From NCBI GenBank assembly GCA_002269645.1, contig NIVC01000061.1, positions 868,001-932,000 of the forward strand: a DNA stretch of 64,000 bases, written 5' to 3'. The position numbers were made by a program, and so were the translations under genes. Shown in pieces: positions 12,700 through 25,670 of the stretch. The DNA is from Macrostomum lignano (taxonomy: Eukaryota). Below the pieces are notes generated by a model. That model worked only from the letters and a program-made list of their open reading frames with translations. It did no database searches and was not told the origin of the DNA. Positions within the stretch are counted from its first letter, which is position 1, and each line of letters opens with the position of its first letter.

Positions 12700-13897
12700 A
12701 ACGGTTGGCTGAGACACTCATGGGGGGCTGGCTGAGACACTCATAGGGGTTGGCTGAGACACTCATGGGGGTTGGCTGAGACACTCATAGGGGTTGGCTG
12801 AGACACTCATAGGGGTTGGCTGAGACACTCATGGGGGTTGGCTGAGACACTTATGGGGGTTGGCTGAGACACTCATGGGGGTAGAGGAGGGTTAGATGAG
12901 ACACCCATGGGGGTAGACAAAGGGTTAGCTGAGACACTCGTGGAGGGTCGAGAAAGGGTTAGATGAGACACCCATGGGGGTAGAGAAAGGGTTAGCTGAG
13001 ACACCCATGGGGGTAGAGAAAGGGTTAGATGAGACACCCATGGGGGTAGAGAAAGGATTAGATGTGACACCCATGGGGGTAGAGAACGGGTTAGATGTGA
13101 CACCCATGGGGGTAGAGAAAGGGTTAGCTGAGACACCCATGGGGGTAGAGAAAGGGTTAGATGTGACACCCATGGGGGGTAGAGAAAGGGTTAGATGAGA
13201 CACCCATGGGGGGTAGAGAAAGGGTTAGATGAGACACCCATGGGGGTAGAGAAAGGGTTAGCTGAGACACCCATGGGGGTAGAGAAAGGATTAGATGTGA
13301 CACCCATGGGGGTAGAGAACGGGTTAGATGTGACACCCATGGGGGTAGAGAAAGGGTTAGCTGAGACACCCATGGGGGTAGAGAAAGGGTTAGATGTGAC
13401 ACCCATGGGGGTAGAGAAAGGGTTAGCTGAGACACCCATGGGGGTAGAGAAAGGGTTAGATGTGACACCCATGGGGGTAGAGAAAGGGTTAGATGTGACA
13501 CCCATGGGGGTAGAGAACGGGTTAGATGTGACACCCATGGGGGTAGAGAAAGGGTTAGATGTGACACCCATGGGGGTAGAGAAAGGGTTAGATGTGACAC
13601 CCATGGGGGTAGAGAAAGGGTTAGATGTGACACCCATGGGGGTAGAGAACGGGTTAGATGTGACACCCATGGGGGTAGAGGAGGGTTAGATGAGACACCC
13701 ATGGGGGTAGACAAAGGGTTAGCTGAGACACCCATGGGGGTAGAGAAAGGGTTAGCTGAGACACCCATGGGGGTAGAGAACGGGTTAGATGTGACACCCA
13801 TGGGGGTAGAGAACGGGTTAGATGTGACACCCATGGGGGTAGAGAAAGGGTTAGATGTGACACCCATGGGGGTAGAGGAAGGGTTAGATGTGACACA
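12700..13897. repeat. 22-bp then 33-bp minisatellite (GACACCCATGGGGGTAGAGAAAGGGTTAGATGT)
   Basis: 22-bp units at ~12700-12880, 33-bp units after. Confidence 0.97.
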
Positions 13898-14489
13898 CAG
13901 GGTTACCATGAGCTGTTCAAAAGTGCTGACCTTGATTTGTGCTTTGCAATTAAATGCATCAAGTAAGTCTGGCAGCCAATGCACTTTAAGCGGCCTGGAA
14001 GATTTCCATTGACCTGGCAGTTCAGCCTGTTGCAAACATTTTTCTGTCGCATATTTATTCGATTATTCATTTTCCAAGTTTTGTTTCCACACGGTGGTAA
14101 TTGCGCATGTAGGCACTTTGCAATGCATTTATAAAATCCATATGCGTGTTCCACAGTAATGCGTACTATTTTTACTTTTTATATTCGTTATTACATGTTA
14201 AATGTATAAATGCGTCTGGAAACTGGGACAATGAGCTTTCTTTACTCTACTGAACAAATGTTGAGTCACTCATTAATATGTATTTAATATGTACATTACA
14301 TCAGTGTACAGAAACTGGGTCTGCGCTGGCTTGCGGTACAGCTTGGCAGTGTATCTGGAAAAATGAGATTATATTTTATTTCCTTCGACTCAGATTTTAA
14401 TTGCACTCAATGAGTACAATACTGAATATGTCATTGCAGTTGAATCTATAGGGAGGGGCTCGTCTTGTAGCTTCTTACCCTCTGTGCTA

Positions 14490-14782
14490 TATTCTGGTCA
14501 TAGAGGATAAGCTTTTGTTCTATTCTGGTCATAGAGGATAAGCTTCTGTTCTATTCTGGTCATAGAGGATAAGCTTCTGTTCTATTCTGGTCATAGAGGA
14601 TATGCTTCTGTACTATTCTGGTCATAGAGGATAAGCTTCTGTTCTATTCTGGTCATAGAGGATAAGCTTCTGTTCTATTCTGGTCATAGAGGATAAGCTT
14701 CTGTTCTATTCTGGTCATAGAGGATAAGCTTCTATTCGATTCTGGTAATAGAGGATAAGCTTCTGTTCAATTCTGGTCATAG
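14490..14782. repeat. 31-bp minisatellite TATTCTGGTCATAGAGGATAAGCTTCTGTTC
   Basis: About 9 tandem copies. Confidence 0.95.
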
Positions 14783-16424
14783 TCGTTGGCTCCTGTCTCA
14801 TCATGATCATAACGGGTGACTTGTCCTTCTTACCAGTAGCCTTTCATCTGGTCATTTGAGTAGCTTCTTCGTTGCCCTTCAATAAATCATTCATGCAGTG
14901 ATTTTATTTTTTCAAGGATCACATAGACAGATTTTCAGAGCAAAAATTTGTTAAATTAGTCAACAGAAGCGGTTAGCTAATTTCGTCAGTTTTAATAATC
15001 ACGTGATTTTTAAAATCGCACAGCCCAGTTAGGCAAGGCTCAGGTATGTCTACAATCTGAGATAACTGCTATCTTATTTATCGAGTTTTAAGTTTCAATT
15101 CCAAATTATTCACCGGTAAAAAGGGTTTGATACTTATTTGAGAAGTCGATACTTATCTTCCAATCTTAGTCAGTTAAAATGCTTGCAATATCAAATCAAT
15201 TTTAACTTAAGATGCCGGTAATGGTACCTAACATGGCAATTAATTATTACATTGTTTGCGTTCATGTGTACTTTATTTTATGGTCAGTTAGTCAAACCAG
15301 ATATCTGGGTCAAAGTTTATGCCACATTATTAAGTCAGAATGAAATCTGCGTTAGCTTGCTCGAAACGAATTTTCAAAATGAAAAATGTACAGTATTGCT
15401 TCACTTGTTCGGCAGTGTATCACACTTCGCTATCTAAATTTGAGATCTGAATGTGTTCGGAATGACTCCATGAGTCCATTTAAGTGCGACATTTGTAAAG
15501 GTTATAACTAAAACCGAGGTGCCAAGGTCAAGTAAGGCCGGCCTCCGTCGAAGCATTATATGGTTGCAGTGTTGCACCATACTAACGCCAGTCAAAGCTT
15601 TATGCAAACTTTATTATACTCGTATTTAGTTGCCTACCTCTTTCTTACATTGCCAGTATAGGCTTCTATATCTTAGGTGGATTGCAGCTGTAATCTACCC
15701 TTCTTTTTCTTTATCGTGCCGTTTTCGTGCCGTTTCTTTACGGTTTACGAGACTGTGAAAGGCTTGGGAGGTGGGGTGGGTGATACGAGATAACAGACTT
15801 GAGGGTCGAGGTGGGGGCCTGTTTTAATTCTTTAGACCCACCCGCGCCACAGCACACCCATCCCCCTGTCTGCCCCAACCCCCAGTCCACAACCCCCCGA
15901 CCAATAGGCTATGTACTCTTTCAGCGGGGGTAGAGGGGTGGGCTGGGCCAGAGGGGAGCTGTGTTCCTAAAATACTAGGCTAGGTCTGAAGAGCCGTTTC
16001 GTTTCTCTAAAACCGGCCGCACTAAGAGCGTAGGACTCGAAGGAGGCTATTCGGAATTTCGTTGTCAGGACTTCAACTTATCTTCCGATTATTCCTCCAT
16101 TTCTACGGCCCCTTCAATCCCATTCTTATTTGTCTTTTAAGGGCCCCCGTATCATCTGTATTATTTGCTATTAATTTAATACTAGGCTATATATATATTC
16201 GACCAGTTTCTCCAATCGAGGGCTTTGACAATTAACTTCATCAAATTATTTTAACAATCTTTCTCCTGCCGGTCGGGTGAGTTACTCGTCTTTGTGCCTG
16301 CCTGCGAGTGGATCACAGGCAAGAGTTTGCCGAATCGAATGCCATCAATCGAATAGGACTTGAAACTAGCAACACAGCTGAGAAAGACGAAAGAAGACTT
16401 CTTCTTAAGCATAACTCAGACTAG

Positions 16425-16844
16425 ATGCACAAGAAATTAATGAACAGCAATGGAGGCCAGGGTCAGGCCGTACTTACCCAGCGCCATCAGACAACGGCTG
16501 CCCAGGTTTTGACGGCTGCCGCGGCAGCGGCCGCCGTTTCACCGCAGCAGCAGCATCAGCATCAGCAGCAGCATCAGCAAGCACAGCACCAGCAACAGCA
16601 ACCGCTCCAGCAGCATTCGCCATTGGACAAATCCAACTACGGCGGCGGTGGTGGCGGCGGCAGTGGAGGCGGCAGCGGCGGGCTCAACTACTCAACTGCT
16701 GGGTTGGTTAAGTTTCCACCAGGCCTGCTGAACTCTTTGCCAAAGCAGCCACCGCCGCAACAGCAGGAGGCAACGCTAGGCTCCGGTCTGCCAGTATCAG
16801 CCGAGCAGCAGCTTCAAGCGCAGATGTACCAGCTGGCTGCTCTT

Positions 16845-16892
<48 letters not shown>

Positions 16893-17218
16893 GTTCAAGC
16901 TGCATTGCATCATCATCATCAACAGCAGCAACAGCAGCAGCAACAACAACACACACAGCAGCAACAGGTTCAGCAGCAGCAATTGCTGCTTGGCCTTCAA
17001 AGAGCTCAGCAGCAGATGGAGTTGCAACGTTTGCAGGCTCATTCTCAGATGATGCAACAACAGCAACAACAGCAGCAGCAGCAACAACAGCAGAAATACA
17101 ATGGCCTAGTAAATCGATGGGAAGCGCAGTTCCCGGATGTGCCGCAGCCGCCATTCTGGATGCTGCACCAGTTTCAAGACGATTTATATCGAAATCCGGC
17201 ATCAACCCAGGCTGACAG
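16425..17218 (+). CDS. Kdm3: KDM3/JMJD1 demethylase coding exon 1 (polyQ/polyG/polyA)
   Basis: ATG directly after an in-frame TAG; donor AG|GTGAGA at 17219 (phase 2) joins exon 2 in frame. Assigned to this gene by phase and composition, not homology. Confidence 0.75.
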
Positions 17219-18527
17219 GTGAGAGAGTCAGTAATAGAAATTACATTTAATCATAGCATCAATTATACAATAAAAAAGCAGGCACGTTGCAAGCCGTTGC
17301 GTCTGCGTCGTGCTTCGCTTTCTTTGAATTGTGTAAAATTATACGGCACGTTCTAACATTTCTTGTCCTACTATGTGGAGTTCAGTATTCAGCTTAGTGC
17401 CGGCCATGGGGATGGGGGCTTGGAAATTTACGACGTTGGGGTTTGCGGAGAACTGCCTTTAGGCAATGTACATTGCAATCCCTGTGTATAGAAAGAACTG
17501 CTGTGTGAGTCAGACTGGCGCGTATGTACATTCAGCTAATTATATTGAATGTACATTCCTGAACCCCCCTCTGGGGCCATTCAGTAAATGGGTGTTCCGA
17601 TTCTCGCGGCTGGGGGTGAAATGAAACAAGGCCCCTCTCCACACGCACTCTTTCTTTCTTCCAGTCTTTGTGCCAGTGCCAAATTTCCTTCCTCTCATTC
17701 AGGCAATAAAGCGATATAGGGAGAACCAGAAGGCTAGAAATGGCACGCATTAGCACAGCGCAGCAACTACGAACTTTGCTTACAATTACGCATCAATGCA
17801 ATACTATTTATTAGCACTATTTCTACCTTGCCAAGATAGCAATCGAACTATTTTCTATTTCTAGTCAGGTTTATTATGATGAAGCTCACTATTTGCGTAC
17901 TATTTTAACTCATCACAACTGGCTGATTCATATCTTACCAAACTTCCAATGTACATTCACACACTGTAAGACAGACAGTTCGCACCTATCTACGACGCTT
18001 AGTGCCAAACATTTCTAATCTTGCCTTCCACTGACCATGATTTAGCTTAAGTTAACGACAAGCTTAACGATATTTACTTCTTAACAGTTTTCATGAAGTT
18101 AACAGATTCTGTTCTATATATACGATTCTGCTCGCATTCTAGCATTCTAGCATTCTAGCGTATCCCTTGTTTCTGTTTCTCTTTTAGCTAGTCTGCGTTT
18201 TTCAAGTGTTGCAAACGATTTGAAGTGGGGACCCTGCACTCCAGTAAACTCTATTCCAGCAGTAGCAAGCTTAACGCTACGTCGCCCCCAAGAGCCGGAA
18301 ATTGATACCTTTTCCAGAAGTTTAACGCAGACAGCAGCACCGAGAAAGCAAATGCCTGACTTACTATTGCCTATTAATACTGGGCTTCTCTCTAATGGCT
18401 GGTAATTCTGGGGATAATGTAATGTATACATTTTTAAGATAGATTTTCAGCTTCTAAAACATGTGATCTTCGATCTGATCAGGTCTGCCCGATTCTGCTC
18501 GCATATTTATATCCGTACCTTCTCCCT

Positions 18528-18805
18528 CTGTATTGCCCTCCCTCTGTCTTTCCCACTCCCTCTCTGCCTTGCCCTCTCCCTCTGCCTTGCCCTCTCCCTC
18601 TGCCTTGCCCTCTCCCTCTGCCTTGCCCTCTCCCTCTGCCTTGCCCTCTCCCTCTGCCTTGCCCTCCCTCTGTCTTTCCCACTCCCTCTCTGCCTTGCCC
18701 TCTCCCTCTGCCTTGCCCTCTCCCTCTGCCTTGCCCTCTCCCTCTGCCTTGCCCTCTCCCTCTGCCTTGCCCTCTCCCTCTGCCTTGCCCTCTCCCTCTG
18801 CCTCC
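18528..18805. repeat. 18-bp pyrimidine repeat CCCTCTGCCTTGCCCTCT (Kdm3 intron 1)
   Basis: Tandem copies just upstream of the exon 2 acceptor. Confidence 0.93.
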
Positions 18806-18904
18806 CGCTCCACTCACTTCCCTATCCAACCCTTCCAGATTCAATTTCCTCTCCCCTCTTACCACCTTTTTTTCTCACCCTAACTAAAACTCTCCATCCT
18901 GCAG

Positions 18905-20333
18905 CTCCCAGCGCCCCAACGCGACCAGACGTCCACCAGGCGATGAGCCGCTGACGCCCGCCAAGGCTAGAAAATGTGTGCAGCCGTCCATTTCGAACTC
19001 CTCGCTGGCTGTCACCACCGGCGGCGGCGGGAACTCACGGGGCGGTGGCGGCGCAGCGGCGGGTGTCCAAGCTTCCGACCTGGTCGAGCAGCACTTCAAC
19101 CTGAGCATCGGGAAGATCAACAGCCAGCTGGGGGGCAGCAAGTCCGATCAGAATCTGCTTCAGCAGCAGCGCGTCAATCATTCTCCCGCGAGTTCTGGGG
19201 TTGCTATGCAGCAACGTGGCCGGCCCCAGCAACCCAGTCCGCAACAGTCTCAGCTGTCTCAGGGCCCTCCGCTGCTCACCAACCAACACAGCTTGCTGCA
19301 CCAGCAGCAGCAGCAGCAGGGTCGGCAGTCGTCCAACTCGGCCGTAGCTTCCGCTCCCCCCGTGCTCACCGCTCAGCAGCCGCTTCCTCTTCATCAGGCT
19401 GCTCAGCAGCAACAACAGCAGCCGCATCAGAATTATCCAGCCTCCGTCAGTGCGGCTGCGGCGGCTGCCGCCTCAACGGCGCCAAATTTCGCTCTGGCAG
19501 CCGTGGCAGCCGCGGCCGCGGCGGCCGCCGCCGCCTCAACCGCTGGTATCGGAGGATCACGCCCCAGTCAGGTGCCGCCGGCGACGGTTTCTGGTGGCCA
19601 GAGATCAGGCCAGCACCAGCAGCTGCATCACCAGCAGCAGCTCTATCAGCAGCAGCAGCAGCAGCAGCATCATCAGTTGATCCTTGAGCAGGCAGCTGCG
19701 ATGCAACTGCAACACCAGCAACAGCAGCAATTGCACATGCAGCTGCAACAGCTTCAACAGCAACAAATGCAGCAGCAACATCACCATCAGCAGCAACAGC
19801 ACCATCAGCAGCAACAGCCAGTTCCTAATCAGCTGCAGCTTCAGCAGATTCAGCAGCACTTCCAGCAGCAGCAGCAGCAACAGCAACAGCAGCATCATCC
19901 GCAGCAGTTGCAGCCTCCGCCGCCGCCTCCTCAGCATCAGCCACAGCAGCAACAGCCGCAGCAGCCGCAGAATCCCCATCAGCAGCATCAGCATCACTCC
20001 GCTCATCATAGCCAGCATCATCAGCAGCAGCAGCAGCAGCACAAGTCCAACACTCCCAGTAATTCCACGTCCTCGCCAACCGGCTCCATCACCAGCACGG
20101 GAACACCGGGTCCCGCGGCGGGCAGCGGCGCCTGCGGTGGCGGCTCCAGACTCACTCCGCATCATCAGCTGGGCCAGCAGCATCACTCCACTGCGGCCGG
20201 AGCTACCGGGCCAGCCAGCAGCTCTTCCTGCTCAGCCGCGGCGCAGAAGTTCGGTCTGAAGAAGGCTTGGCTACGCCGGGTGCAGGAGGAGCAGCGCGAG
20301 GAGGCGGCGGGGCCCAGCGACTCGGATGACCAG
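18905..20333 (+). CDS. Kdm3: KDM3 exon 2 (Q/H/A/P low complexity; KKAWLRR motif)
   Basis: Acceptor CCTGCAG| at 18904; in frame with ORF 18978-20345; donor CAG|GTTGGC (phase 0). Confidence 0.82.
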
Positions 20334-20757
20334 GTTGGCGCTTGATTGATGCCCTGGGGCGCTGTGCCGCATCTTTCCTTGCATCTCCTGCAGAATCTTT
20401 GTGCCTGAAACGACTCCTGATCTGACCATCTTTTCTACTCGTTCCCCTATTGCTATCCTCTTCTATTCCCCCCTCTTCCATACAGCAACAGCAATAGCAA
20501 CAGCAACACTTCTTATCTAAATCAGGCCTGTTAATTCCAGTGATTTTCCCTGTCTGTCTCCCTGAGCGATCTACGCTGGCTGGCCTGCTTCTCTCTTTGA
20601 TCTGCCTCAGTGACTGCTTTTCCTGCAATCATGGGAGAGCATCCAGCGGCGTCTTTTATCTGGAATCGGAGGTCCCACGGCCTGGAATTCTTTCCAATTG
20701 CTGTTTTGAAAATTAGATTTATTGAATATGAAGACAGATATTGAAGATATTGAATAG

Positions 20758-20948
20758 CAAGCAGACAGACAGACAGACAGACACAGGCAGGCAGACAGAC
20801 AGACAGACAGACAGACAGGCAGGCAGGCAGACAGACAGACAGACAGACAGATAGACAGGCAGGCAGGCAGGCAGGCAGACAGACAGACAGACAGACAGAT
20901 AGACACTAAGACACTAAGACACTAAGACAGGCAGGCAGGCAGGCAGGC

Positions 20949-20997
<49 letters not shown>

Positions 20998-21070
20998 GGC
21001 AGACATACAGACCGACAGACAGACAGACAGAGACAGACAGACACTAAGACAGACACTAAGACAGACACTA

Positions 21071-21143
<73 letters not shown>

Positions 21144-21174
21144 TACAGACAGACAGACAGACAGACAGACAGAG

Positions 21175-21243
<69 letters not shown>

Positions 21244-21250
21244 CACAGGC

Positions 21251-21312
<62 letters not shown>
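20758..21312. repeat. (GACA)n/(GGCA)n microsatellite with ACACTAAG interruptions
   Basis: Read directly. Confidence 0.97.
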
Positions 21313-22017
21313 CTAGTCAATGCAGTGAGCTATGCACTGAGCCAAAAGAATTATCAAGAGCAGACTACATCTTAGATACGCCATCGGCCACCCCCTGTTG
21401 TGCGTACCATCGGACACCGCCACATCATTAGACAGTGAGGGTGGATGATGAGAGTATTAGCAGTTACTGTTTCCTTACTCTCAGAATCTCTTGTGGTTTT
21501 GTTTGGGCGAGGGTCGGAAGAGCTGAGCTGCTAGCGAGTTGAGCTGAGCTCAACAATTTCACGCTCGGCAAGCTCTCGCACGCCTCAGTGTCTCAATGGC
21601 GAGCTGCATAAACAGCTCATATCGTATGCGTCAGCTGAATGGAACTTAAAACTGGCTTAAAGCAATCAACTCTGAACTTGCGTGCAGTTTCTGACTGTCT
21701 GCACTTTTTCCGTCTCTCCTCTTGTCTCTCAGCGGGCAATTATGCAGTTGCAGGTTATAAATTGGGTGTGTCACCAACTGAGGGTAAGAGAAAAATGCAT
21801 TGGGAGGGTGGCAGGCCCCATATGGGGTATGAATATAGTGTAGTGTAGAGCAGTAAGTAAGGTTCTTAGTTTAATGAGTCTCGTATCTTGGATTGAGTGG
21901 CCTTATTAAATGCTAGTCTAGCATTGTGTACCTGGTTTGACCTAGTCTAGTTTGGCTAGTATTAATTTGTACAAATTTTGGGTGAGAATGCCAGATATTT
22001 TAGGCGAGAGTAATATC

Positions 22018-22350
22018 ATGAGACTACCATGAGATTTCCGATGAGATTACCATGAGATTTCCGTTAAGACTACCATGAGATTTTCGATGAGACTACCATG
22101 AGATTTCCGTTAAGACTACCATGAGATTTTCGATGAGACTACCATGAGATTTCGGTTAAGACTATATGAGATTTTTGATGAGACCACATAAGATTTCCGA
22201 TGAGACTATATGAGATTTTCGATGAGACCACATAAGATTTCCGTTAAGATTTTGAGATTTCCGATGAGACTACCATGAGATTTCCGATGAGACTACCGTG
22301 AGATTTCCGATGAGACTATATGAGATTACCGTTAAGATTGTATGAGATTT
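22018..22350. repeat. 23-bp minisatellite GAGACTACCATGAGATTTCCGAT
   Basis: Degenerate tandem copies ending near the exon 3 acceptor. Confidence 0.9.
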
Positions 22351-22396
22351 CCAATAAGACTGTATGATACTTCCGACGAATTTTTGTCGTCGGAAG

Positions 22397-22784
22397 TCGT
22401 CGGACCACCCTGAGATTTCCAATGAGAGTACGAATAACATGGAATCTCGACCCTCCGCTTCCCCCCGTCAGGCGAGCCACGCCAGCGAAGATCAGAAGCG
22501 GGCCATGAAACGCCGCAGCAGCGGAGCAGGCGACCCCGCCAGGCCGGAGTCGCCGCCGATCGCTAACGGGCCCGGGCTCGCGGCCCCGAAGCTCGAAGCT
22601 CAGCAGCAGCAGCAGCAGCGGTCGCCGGTGTCTTCGTCGGCGAGCTCCGGCGGTATCGGCACCTGCGGGACGTTTGGGCCTGTCAAGAAGCGGCTCAAGA
22701 AGGAGGAGGCCGCGGCTGCTGCTGAGACTCCTGCCGCGTCAGCTCCGCCTAAGTTGGAGGAGCAGTTTCCTGGAAAAGAGCTGC
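22397..22784 (+). CDS. Kdm3: KDM3 exon 3 (NLS-like PVKKRLKK)
   Basis: Acceptor TTTTTGTCGTCGGAAG| (phase 0; alternative GAG| at 22414); donor C|GTGAGT (phase 1) matches exon 4. Confidence 0.8.
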
Positions 22785-22801
22785 GTGAGTAGCTTTGATT
22801 A

Positions 22802-22854
22802 CTGTCTGTCTGTCTGTCTGTCTGCTTGCCTGCCTGTCTGTCTGTCTGCTTGCC

Positions 22855-22907
<53 letters not shown>

Positions 22908-23018
22908 GCTTGCCTGCCTGCCTGCCTGTCTGTCTGTCTGCTTGCCTGTCTGTCTGTCTGTCTGCCTGCCTGCCTGTCTGTCTGTCTGTCTGTCTGTCTG
23001 TCTGCCTGCCTGCCTGCC

Positions 23019-23051
<33 letters not shown>

Positions 23052-23145
23052 GCATGCCTGTCTGCCTGTCTGTCTGTCTGTCTGTCTGTCTGCCTGTCTG
23101 TCTGTCTGCCTGCCTGCCTGTCTGTCTGTCTGTCTGTCTGTCTGT
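22802..23145. repeat. (TCTG)n microsatellite
   Basis: Starts about 17 nt after the exon 3 donor. Confidence 0.97.
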
Positions 23146-23664
23146 TAGTGCTTGCAGTGCCTGTCCGTCTACCTTGAACTGCTTATCAGTCTTCTGCTCT
23201 TGTCAGCTTGAGTTTCTGTCTGTATCAATTAAGAGTTCAGCAATAATGTTGCACTTCTTGCGCGCCCTGACCAACCGCAGCATTTGCTTAACAGGCTTGG
23301 CCTACGGCCAGCCATGTTGACTTTCCCTTTGAAATTCTGACTCATTATTAATTCATGCGCGAGGAGCATGCGGTACGGGAGGGCTGGGGGGAAGCGCGGC
23401 TTCGGCCCAGGCAGGCAGTGAGCGGCGCTGGCTCAACCGGGTCAGTCAGCTGGCCAGGACATGAGTCACACTGTGCTCTCATGGGAACCCACTGGAACAC
23501 TGTATGCTGTATACTATCTACCTAAAGCTACGCTGTTGTTAGAGAGAGAGGAATCGAGAGGATAGGAATCGAAAGGGGCTCAGAGAGCAGCAGTATTGGG
23601 AGCTCCCAGTCTGAGCTGCGTGCGTGTGAGCCAGCGCTTTTGTGTGGGCTGTTTCTTACGAACG

Positions 23665-23764
23665 GCAGGCAGACAGGCAAACACAGACAGACAGGCAGGC
23701 AGACAGACAGACAGACAGACAGACAGGCAGGCAGGCAGATATACAGACAGACAGACAGACAGGC

Positions 23765-23797
<33 letters not shown>

Positions 23798-24035
23798 GGC
23801 AGGCAGGCAGACAGATAGACAGACAGGCAGACAGACAGACAGACAGGCAGGCAGACAGACAGACAGAAAGACAGACAGACAGACAGACAGACAGGCAGGC
23901 AGGCAGGCAGGCAGACAGACAGACAGGCAGGCAGGCAGACAGACAGACAGACAGACAGACAGGCAGGCAGACAGATAGACAGACAGGCAGGCAGACAGAC
24001 AGGCAGGCAGGCAGACAGACAGACAGAAAGACACA
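23665..24035. repeat. (GACA)n/(GGCA)n microsatellite
   Basis: Read directly; opposite orientation to the 22802 array. Confidence 0.97.
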
Positions 24036-25239
24036 GGCGGTGCGAAAAATGGAGTCCAGACTCTTGATGTCTGTTAAGCGGAACAAGGCGGAAAAGTCAT
24101 CAGCTTGCAGAGGACAGGCTGCCATTTGAGAGCAAGGCGCAACTCAAAAGCATTCACTGGCTTGTAGCCAGGCTGAGCCACCCCGCTCTGCCCCATCCCT
24201 GCCTAGCAGTCAAGTGAGCAGGCAGCAACGAATGTCTAAAGTAGTGGATTCGAATTTCCAAGAAAACACGCACACGCACAAACAGACAGATTTCTCAGCC
24301 GGGCCTGTGCCGTTCGTCTGGGAATTGCAGATTTTACTGGCAAACGAAAGGGAGAAACGAGAGAGGTTAGAAGTAGAAAGGGAATCGAGCTCAGAGTCAG
24401 CCAGTTCAGCCCAGGATGGGAAACTGGGAATAGGGGAGAGGGGGAACAGGAGTTGAGAGGGGATGGCGAGCGTGGGAGCAGGGGTCTGGGTTGAGCGTGT
24501 TCTCCTCTCTCCCATGTGCACGGAGCGCGGGGCCAGGCTGCAGAGGGGAGAAGATCGATCGATAATTTGGACAGTTCTCCCAGCTCTTCCCAGACGGGCT
24601 TAGTAAAGACGCTATGGGAGTTGCATAGTGGAGGAGGAGAGGGGAGTTGGGAGAGAATTAACTTGTGTCTGCATAATATCTGTATGCACTGGGTGTTGTA
24701 CTGCAGCCCTGGGAGGTACCGGAGGGTTGCCGGCCATCTAGGATTTATAATGCTCCCTAGCTTCCTACTCTAGTATAGTCGGGAGGGGGTTGGTCTGGGC
24801 GGATAATCGGGAATGGGGATTTTTGTTGAGCAAGGGGTGAGGAAATAATCCCATTGCTCACACCCTCGCTCACTCTGTCTGTCTGCGGCCTGGCTTGTAT
24901 AATTTTATTTTGCCCGAAGCCCCAGCGAGAACGTGATGAAGGGAGGAGCAGTTCCCTACTCTCTCCATTCCCCCCTCGAAATCGCCCAGCTGCGCACTCA
25001 AAATCCTCATGCTGTTCCATCGATGCGCGTCAGTGCAGGCATTGATTCTGGGCGGGGTCCCCTCACATTCCCCATCATCCTCGAACTTGTAGCTTGTAGA
25101 AATTGCATGCCAGACAGTCTGGGCTGGGGCTCACAGGACACAGGCCTCCGCATTCTTTGTTAATCCTGAGCTCAGCTCACTTCTATCACCTGCATATTGC
25201 GACTGTCTACCTACGTGTCACCCTCTGCTCCTCTGCTCT

Positions 25240-25670
25240 GCTACCTCCCCCTCCTCCCCTACCCTCTCCTTCCTCTCTACCCTCTGTTCTACCCTCTCCT
25301 TCCTCTCTACCTTCTGTTCTACCCTCTCCTTCCTCTCTACCTTCTGTTCTACCCTCTCCTTCCTCTCTACCTTCTGTTCTACCCTCTCCTTCCTCTCTAC
25401 CTTCTGTTCTACCCTCTCCTTCCTCTCTACCTTCTGTTCTACCCTCTCCTTCCTCTCTACCCTCTGTTCTACCCTCTCCCTCCTCTCTACCCCCTCATCC
25501 TACCCTCTCCTTCCTCTCTACCCTCTCCCTCCCCTCTCCCTCCTCTCTACCCCCTTCTACCGTCTCTTCCTACCCTCTACCCCCTCTCTACCCTCCTCCC
25601 TCTACCCTCTCCCCACTCTACTTTCTCCTCTACCCTCTCCTCTTCTGTCTACCCCCCCTCTCCTCAGCAT
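25240..25670. repeat. 30-bp pyrimidine minisatellite ACCCTCTCCTTCCTCTCTACCTTCTGTTCT
   Basis: Tandem copies, then a degenerate CT tract. Confidence 0.93.

Noticed and set aside
10956-12740. ORFs 10956-11342 and 12291-12740
   Set aside because: No domain signature or splice-phase partners found
7615-14782. CRISPR-like arrays of 22-33-bp direct repeats
   Set aside because: Units are head-to-tail with no unique spacers, there are no cas genes, and the context is spliced eukaryotic genes
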